NCBI GenBank assembly: GCA_020722765.1
Contig: DYKD01000008.1
Span: forward strand, 1,304 to 65,303
Direction of reading: 5' to 3'
DNA from: Brevinema andersonii
GTDB taxonomy: Bacteria; Spirochaetota; DYKD01
Length of the DNA stretch: 64,000 nucleotides
Shown: positions 59,503-64,000 of the stretch, piece by piece
Layout: every line of letters starts with the position of its first letter
How positions within the stretch are numbered: position 1 is the stretch's first letter
Program-made: the position numbers and the translations under genes
The notes under the pieces: model-generated
The model's input: only the letters and a program-made list of their open reading frames with translations
Told to the model about the DNA's origin: nothing
Database searches by the model: none

Positions 59503-60356
59503 GACAGTCCTCCTTTCTTCTCTTTTACAGAAGCATCAATCTTTTGCCTAAGAGAGAGAAAAAGATTCCTATATTCAGGGAGGGCATCAATCATCCTGAT
59601 TCCTTTCGAATAAGCCTCCATGATACGTCTGTCATCCGGAATTTCCAGTAAAAGAGGGATTTTTTTAGTCTTGCAATATTCATGAACCCTGTTATCACCT
59701 GATCCATTTCGGTTGACAACAACACCAAAAGGAAGTTTTAATTCCTGGATCATATCCACTGCCAAAGAGAGATCATGAAGTCCGAAAGGTGTAGGCTCAG
59801 TCACAAGTACAACAAAATCCGTATCACGGACAGAGGTAACAACAGGACAGGATGTACCTGGGGGAGAATCTATGATGACAAGGGGGGCTGATTCACTCAT
59901 CTTCTTGAGGGCGCGGATGACAGGGGGCGATGTGGATACACCTACATCCAGCTTTCCCTGAAGCAGTGTCATTTTATCCTTCCTGAAGGTTGTAATTTTT
60001 CCAATTGTTCTTTCGACTTCGGTTATGGCTCCACGTGGACAAACGAGCTTACAACCACCACAACTATGACAGAGTTCTGGGAAGATGAGAGGCTTTGTCC
60101 CAAAAGCTACGATAGCCTTATACTGGCAAAATCTAGCACACAATCCACAAGCATCACATTTGGATTCATCAACAATCGGAACCAACACATTTACCGGCTT
60201 CTCGCTTATTTGTTCTGCTGAAAGAAAAAGGGCAGCATTGGGTTCTTCCACGTCACAATCCAATAGAGTGACAGGTTCTTCGTAAATGCCAGCCAAGTTG
60301 ACGGAAAGCGTGGTTTTGCCTGTTCCACCTTTTCCAGAAGCAATAGATATTTTCAA
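59499..60356 (-). CDS. MinD/CooC-like P-loop ATPase with inserted 2x[4Fe-4S] ferredoxin domain (paralogue)
   Basis: ASGKGGTGKTT plus two ferredoxin motifs (CDACGLCARFC; CHSCGGCKLVCP). It overlaps the downstream paralogue by 4 nt. Confidence 0.7.
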   Translation of the reverse strand: MKISIASGKGGTGKTTLSVNLAGIYEEPVTLLDCDVEEPNAALFLSAEQISEKPVNVLVPIVDESKCDACGLCARFCQYKAIVAFGTKPLIFPELCHSCGGCKLVCPRGAITEVERTIGKITTFRKDKMTLLQGKLDVGVSTSPPVIRALKKMSESAPLVIIDSPPGTSCPVVTSVRDTDFVVLVTEPTPFGLHDLSLAVDMIQELKLPFGVVVNRNGSGDNRVHEYCKTKKIPLLLEIPDDRRIMEAYSKGIRMIDALPEYRNLFLSLRQKIDASVKEKKGGLS

Positions 60357-60524
60357 TTCATAACTCCTTCATCCTTGTTTCTAAGTAAGGATTTTGTCGT
60401 ACTGTGAAGGACATTGGTACCCAAAGGAACATTCAACATTTCTGAAACAATATCACTTTTGGCTTGAAGAAGGAAAAAAGTTTTCTGATGTGTATCATGC
60501 AAAGATTCATAATTACCCTGTCCT

Positions 60525-60812
60525 TTAGAGATGATCATGAATCTCTTTACGTAACCAAGGGACCATCTCCTCAACGATCTTTGAAATCTTTCGCTTTGCT
60601 TCCTGATAAGGATCCTGCTGTGAGAAATATTTCCTGATTATGCGTTGAATATGCTGCACCTGATATGGAGGAGACCGGGAATAATCCATACTTGTAATCC
60701 ATGTTAACACGTCACGCATCACATTCTCCATTACCTGAGGATCATCTGTCAAAGCCTTGATAGATTTTAAAGCCTGCTTAACAAAACAAGAAACACATTC
60801 AGTCGTCTCCAT
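60525..60812 (-). CDS. small hypothetical protein (Cys-containing, helical)
   Basis: The internal ATG (METTECVSCF...) lies just after the stop of the upstream NifX-like gene. The long ORF upstream of this ATG overlaps that gene and is probably not translated. Confidence 0.35.
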   Translation of the reverse strand: METTECVSCFVKQALKSIKALTDDPQVMENVMRDVLTWITSMDYSRSPPYQVQHIQRIIRKYFSQQDPYQEAKRKISKIVEEMVPWLRKEIHDHL

Positions 60813-60816
60813 TTTA

Positions 60817-61179
60817 TCAGATCCAGTGCGATGCCACATTGGCATCTTCCAGAGGTTTGAGCAATCCAGCCTGGAGCTGCTGTAGTGCTTCGGATATTGT
60901 CTTGGCTGTTGTGTTATAAACTTTGATACCAGCCATGGAAAGGACCTTGAAGGCCTTAGGGCCACAATTCCCTGTAACTAGGGATTCAGCACCAGAACGG
61001 GCAACCGCTTCTGCAGACTGGATTCCTGCACCTTGAGCCAGATCCATATTTTGATTGTTGTCAAACACAGTAAAGGATTTCTGTTCTGTATCATAGATGA
61101 GAAATTTCGGAGCACGACCAAATCGTTGGTCTAATGCAGATTCGAGATTTTCACCTGATGTAGTAAAAGCAATTTTCAT
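60817..61179 (-). CDS. NifX/NifB-like (dinitrogenase FeMo-cofactor biosynthesis domain) protein
   Basis: MKIAFTTSGENLESALDQRFGRAPKFLIYD is the typical N-terminus of PF02579-type proteins. 120 aa. Confidence 0.65.
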   Translation of the reverse strand: MKIAFTTSGENLESALDQRFGRAPKFLIYDTEQKSFTVFDNNQNMDLAQGAGIQSAEAVARSGAESLVTGNCGPKAFKVLSMAGIKVYNTTAKTISEALQQLQAGLLKPLEDANVASHWI

Positions 61180-61426
61180 AAGTATCTCCTTCTCCTATTT
61201 TTTCTGGTTTACAAAGCCAAAAGATCAGGGATTTTAAAATTAAAAAACATAGTCTGAGTCGAGTATGATTTCATACGTATCTTTAAGGGTAAAGAGGGGA
61301 CATGTCTCGATCCCCTCAAAGTCCCTTGTTTTTAAGCAAGATCTACACAATTGAACTTTTATCCTTGATTTTGATTAAGTTCAATGCGCTTTCCTGCCCA
61401 AAAAATGCTGACAAGTCATAGCCTCA

Positions 61427-61780
61427 TTAAGCATCCTTGTCATCTTCCTTATCCAATTCAGAAATCCTAGAATTCAACCCTTGGATTTCTTCCTGGAGAG
61501 AAGAGACATAAGCTTTGAGATTATCTTTCACAGCTTTCTTGCTTTGTGTGGGATAAGCATACTGGTCAAACTGATAGCCTCGGCCCCAACCTGGGAGACC
61601 AGTTGCATAAAACTGGTTCCTGTAACCATGACCACCACCCATTCCAAAGCCTCTTCCAAATCCAGCTCTTCCACGGCCAACATTCATAAACCCTGGCATT
61701 CCATAACCATTACAAAAGCCAGCGCCTCTTCCTGTCCTTGACCCCATTCCCATGGGACCTGTACCATTTCCTCTAGCCAT
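61427..61780 (-). CDS. DUF5320 family glycine-rich protein
   Basis: The N-terminus is glycine/arginine-rich (MARGNGTGPMGMGSRTGRGAGFCNGYG...GRGRAGFGRGFGMGGGHG). The C-terminus is a coiled coil (LKAYVSSLQEEIQGLNSRISELDK). Confidence 0.55.
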   Translation of the reverse strand: MARGNGTGPMGMGSRTGRGAGFCNGYGMPGFMNVGRGRAGFGRGFGMGGGHGYRNQFYATGLPGWGRGYQFDQYAYPTQSKKAVKDNLKAYVSSLQEEIQGLNSRISELDKEDDKDA

Positions 61781-61807
61781 ATCGTGCCTCCTTAAAATAA
61801 TTTTTTT

Positions 61808-62191
61808 TCATTTTTTTTGTCTTCTAAATCCATGCCCACCTCTCCAGCCATGATGTCTTCTGCAACCTGGCATCAGGTATCGCGTATTGGAAAGCTTCCC
61901 TTGGAGCCAAGCTTGCAAGACCTCATCAATCTCTCCAGAAACAAAGGAAAGAACCTCTATTTCTTTTGATGCAAGAATCTGTCGTGCACCGCAGGAGATA
62001 GAACCGCAGATAAGCGTCTTTACCTTTTTCCTCTCTAGAAAATCCGCTTTTGCAAAACATGACTCTTTCGGCAAAAGAAAGTCATCCCGTTTTAATGAAC
62101 CATCCTCAGAGCGTGAAAAAAAGGCAACAGAGGAAGCGGCGTCAAAAACAGGCGAAACCCTTCTGTTCCATGATGTAATCGCTATATTCAT
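61808..62191 (-). CDS. NifX/NifB-like domain protein with Gly/Arg/His-rich C-terminal tail
   Basis: MNIAITSWNRRVSPVFDAASSVAFF... is the NifX-like core. The tail is PGCRRHHGWRGGHGFRRQKK. Confidence 0.55.
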   Translation of the reverse strand: MNIAITSWNRRVSPVFDAASSVAFFSRSEDGSLKRDDFLLPKESCFAKADFLERKKVKTLICGSISCGARQILASKEIEVLSFVSGEIDEVLQAWLQGKLSNTRYLMPGCRRHHGWRGGHGFRRQKK

Positions 62192-62343
62192 AACAATGAT
62201 ATTGCAGAAAACGTGCCATGGGGAAAAAAATAATCTTCAGGTTAATTCGCATAAAGAACCCATTTAGAGAAGCAAGAAAACAATCTTTATCTTAAAACGT
62301 TGCAATAAAGCAACATTATGTAACAATATTGCAACAAGACAGA

Positions 62344-62904
62344 TCAGATCTTATACTTCAAACTTCCTGTAGGACATTTCTCCACGCATTCCAGGCATTT
62401 GGAACAGTTGAACGAAGAAGCCGCATTTTTTTTACCTTTCTGATAAACACTATATTCAGGATTCAAAGCGGCTAGATAACAATTCTTATCACATATACCG
62501 CAAGAAATACAAATTGATTCATCCTTCCTGATTTTTACAGGTGAGAGCCTATTAAAAAAGCCACCAACCCATGCAACAGGACATCCCAGCTTATGATAAT
62601 TATAAATCTGGATATTTTTTGCGTCCTTATCAGCACTCAACAGGATTTCCACAAAAAGACCAATAGGACATATCCATCTACAGAACACTTTTCCGAATAT
62701 GACTCCTATAATGGTCCCGGCCATCAGAAGGTAAATGAGGATATCCTTGAAAAGATACATTAGAACCATGATGCTGAGCGCAAAAACGATTTGAATCAGA
62801 CGTCTATGTCTGATGATTTTTTTTATCATAAAATCTCCTATCTGTTCGAATTCGTCATATTTTTCATTGACAATCTGAAATATAAGACCTATATTATCCT
62901 TCAC
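62344..62904 (-). CDS. membrane-bound polyferredoxin (NapH/MauN-like 4Fe-4S protein)
   Basis: Transmembrane segments plus CRWICPIG, CISCGICDKNC and CSKCLECVEKCP motifs. The start may instead be the internal ATG at 62829. Confidence 0.6.
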   Translation of the reverse strand: MKDNIGLIFQIVNEKYDEFEQIGDFMIKKIIRHRRLIQIVFALSIMVLMYLFKDILIYLLMAGTIIGVIFGKVFCRWICPIGLFVEILLSADKDAKNIQIYNYHKLGCPVAWVGGFFNRLSPVKIRKDESICISCGICDKNCYLAALNPEYSVYQKGKKNAASSFNCSKCLECVEKCPTGSLKYKI

Positions 62905-62924
62905 TCATTTCCAAGGAGTCTTCC

Positions 62925-63836
62925 ATGGACTGTACCCAATGCCTCTCAAAAGGATGCAGAAAAAACAATGCCTGTACATCCGACAAACATCTTTATATAG
63001 AGGAATATGCGAATCCTAAAAACCAATCCATTACCAAAGCCGCGTCAAAACTTGTGGATAATGGCAGAGCTGGCAAACTCAACAGATTGGAAGAGATCAT
63101 AGAGTATTGCCAAATTAGGGGACATAACTATCTTGGCGTGGCCTATTGTTACGGCATGGAAAAAGAGGCTACGACATTGCGGAAAACCCTCAAACAGGCA
63201 GGGTTTAAACTTGAAATGGTCTCTTGCACTGTTGATGGCCTATCTGAAACAGAACTCGACAAGATGAAAACAAAAAAGACTGTCTCATGCAACCCTTTAG
63301 GTCAGACCAACGTCCTCAACCGCAAAGGGGTTCAGTTCACCATCCTGATGGGATTATGTCTAGGACATGACGTCATACTCCAGAACAGTTTAAAAATGGA
63401 TCATACAGTCTTTGTTGTAAAAGACAGAGTTCTTAACAACAATCCTATACAAGCTCTGCCAGGATTCATCTCACAAGAAGACCAATTCCTCATGAATTTA
63501 CCAAAAGATTTTCACCTTATCGATTCAGAAGCCTTGAACCATGTCCTTTCTGAAAAAAGGGAATCCGCCACTATCATCGACCTCAGACCTGTGGAACAGT
63601 ATAATAAAAACCATATCAAAGGTGCAGTCAATAGCCCCTTGAACCTGCTTATCACTGATTATAGGAGCATCCTAAAACATCCTGATACTCTTACCATAGT
63701 GTACTGTAATGGAGGCATACAATCCATTTACACGGTGATGTTCCTTGCCATGAAAGGATATAAAAATGTAAAGAGTCTCCAAGGTGGATTTTCCAAATTC
63801 CTAGGAACTTATCCTCATAAGGTGACACCATCTTGA
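62925..63836 (+). CDS. DUF1847 (Cys-rich metal-binding) domain fused to rhodanese-like domain
   Basis: The N-terminus is Cys-rich (CTQCLSKGCRKNNAC...). The C-terminal rhodanese fold has an active-site loop (IVYCNGGIQS). It is divergent from the polyferredoxin gene. Confidence 0.55.
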   Translation: MDCTQCLSKGCRKNNACTSDKHLYIEEYANPKNQSITKAASKLVDNGRAGKLNRLEEIIEYCQIRGHNYLGVAYCYGMEKEATTLRKTLKQAGFKLEMVSCTVDGLSETELDKMKTKKTVSCNPLGQTNVLNRKGVQFTILMGLCLGHDVILQNSLKMDHTVFVVKDRVLNNNPIQALPGFISQEDQFLMNLPKDFHLIDSEALNHVLSEKRESATIIDLRPVEQYNKNHIKGAVNSPLNLLITDYRSILKHPDTLTIVYCNGGIQSIYTVMFLAMKGYKNVKSLQGGFSKFLGTYPHKVTPS

Positions 63837-64000
63837 AAACTCCTGAAAAAACTTCTCCTTATTCATTAAAAATTCTCAAACAGGAAGGGATTTGAATTCT
63901 ATCATTTATAGTGAAGCCTTTCTTATTTTATGCAAGAAGAATCTTTTTGATCGTATTTTCCAAACCACTTTTTGACATGGCTCCAACGGACATCTGGGGC

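Noticed and set aside
60353-60965. ORFs 60353..60574 (73 aa) and the full-length 60525..60965 (146 aa) as real genes
   Set aside because: The 146-aa frame overlaps the upstream NifX-like gene by about 150 nt. An internal ATG right after that gene's stop gives a compact 96-aa protein. The 73-aa ORF lies in another frame overlapping this one and has no RBS.
1-64000. CRISPR arrays, transposases, integrases, rRNA
   Set aside because: No short direct repeats with regular spacers, no DDE or tyrosine recombinase signatures in any ORF, and no rRNA-like conserved sequence were seen.

Overview
The window reads as ordinary chromosome from an anaerobic, flagellated bacterium (not mobile DNA). GC content looks moderate-to-low but was not computed. 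The two flagellins have the spirochete-type FlaB N-terminus ([10 protein letters not shown]...). No transposase, integrase, CRISPR array or rRNA was seen.

Main contents in order:
- clpB, an Hsp20 small heat-shock protein and the RseP site-2 protease.
- A Maf-like (DUF115) protein, a class II aldolase and an HD-GYP protein.
- glnS, then the conserved thrS-infC-rpmI-rplT operon. infC appears to start at AUU and thrS at GUG.
- Two tandem tRNA-Val genes (anticodons CAC and GAC) with a consensus sigma70 promoter.
- A three-gene envelope module: an OmpA-family TPR protein, a 1131-aa protein with seven Fn3-like repeats and a T9SS-like C-terminal sorting domain, and a translationally coupled PorV-like beta-barrel protein.
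- A Vsr endonuclease with no adjacent cytosine methyltransferase, and a beta-lactamase-family serine hydrolase.
- A 1447-aa double BadF/BcrA-type activase fused to a DUF2229 domain.
- nadB, an Smr-domain protein, a NifU-like protein, an EFR1-like flavodoxin-ferredoxin and aat.
- A flagellar filament locus: flaB, flaB, flaG, fliD and a 331-aa unknown ORF.
- recJ, a TPR-SPOR protein, crcB overlapping a flavodiiron protein gene, an M23 peptidase and a DEAD-box helicase.
- An arsenic locus (arsC divergent from arsR-acr3) with a perfect 22-bp palindromic operator.
- A NicO plus DUF1007 metal-transporter pair.
- The [FeFe]-hydrogenase maturases hydF and hydE.

The most unusual stretch is 57-64 kb, next to hydE/hydF. 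It packs poorly characterised Fe-S and metallocluster-handling genes together:
- an IscU-like + Mrp/NBP35 + NifX-like tri-domain fusion;
- two MinD/CooC-like ATPases with inserted ferredoxin domains;
- two stand-alone NifX-like proteins;
- a glycine-rich DUF5320 protein;
- a membrane polyferredoxin;
- a DUF1847-rhodanese fusion.
I interpret this as a candidate dedicated metallocofactor assembly or insertion system.

Secondary observations: the T9SS-like cargo/PorV module sits in a genome with spirochete-type flagellins, and a roughly 500-nt non-coding region (54.9-55.4 kb) contains several strong hairpins that may be a small or structured RNA.
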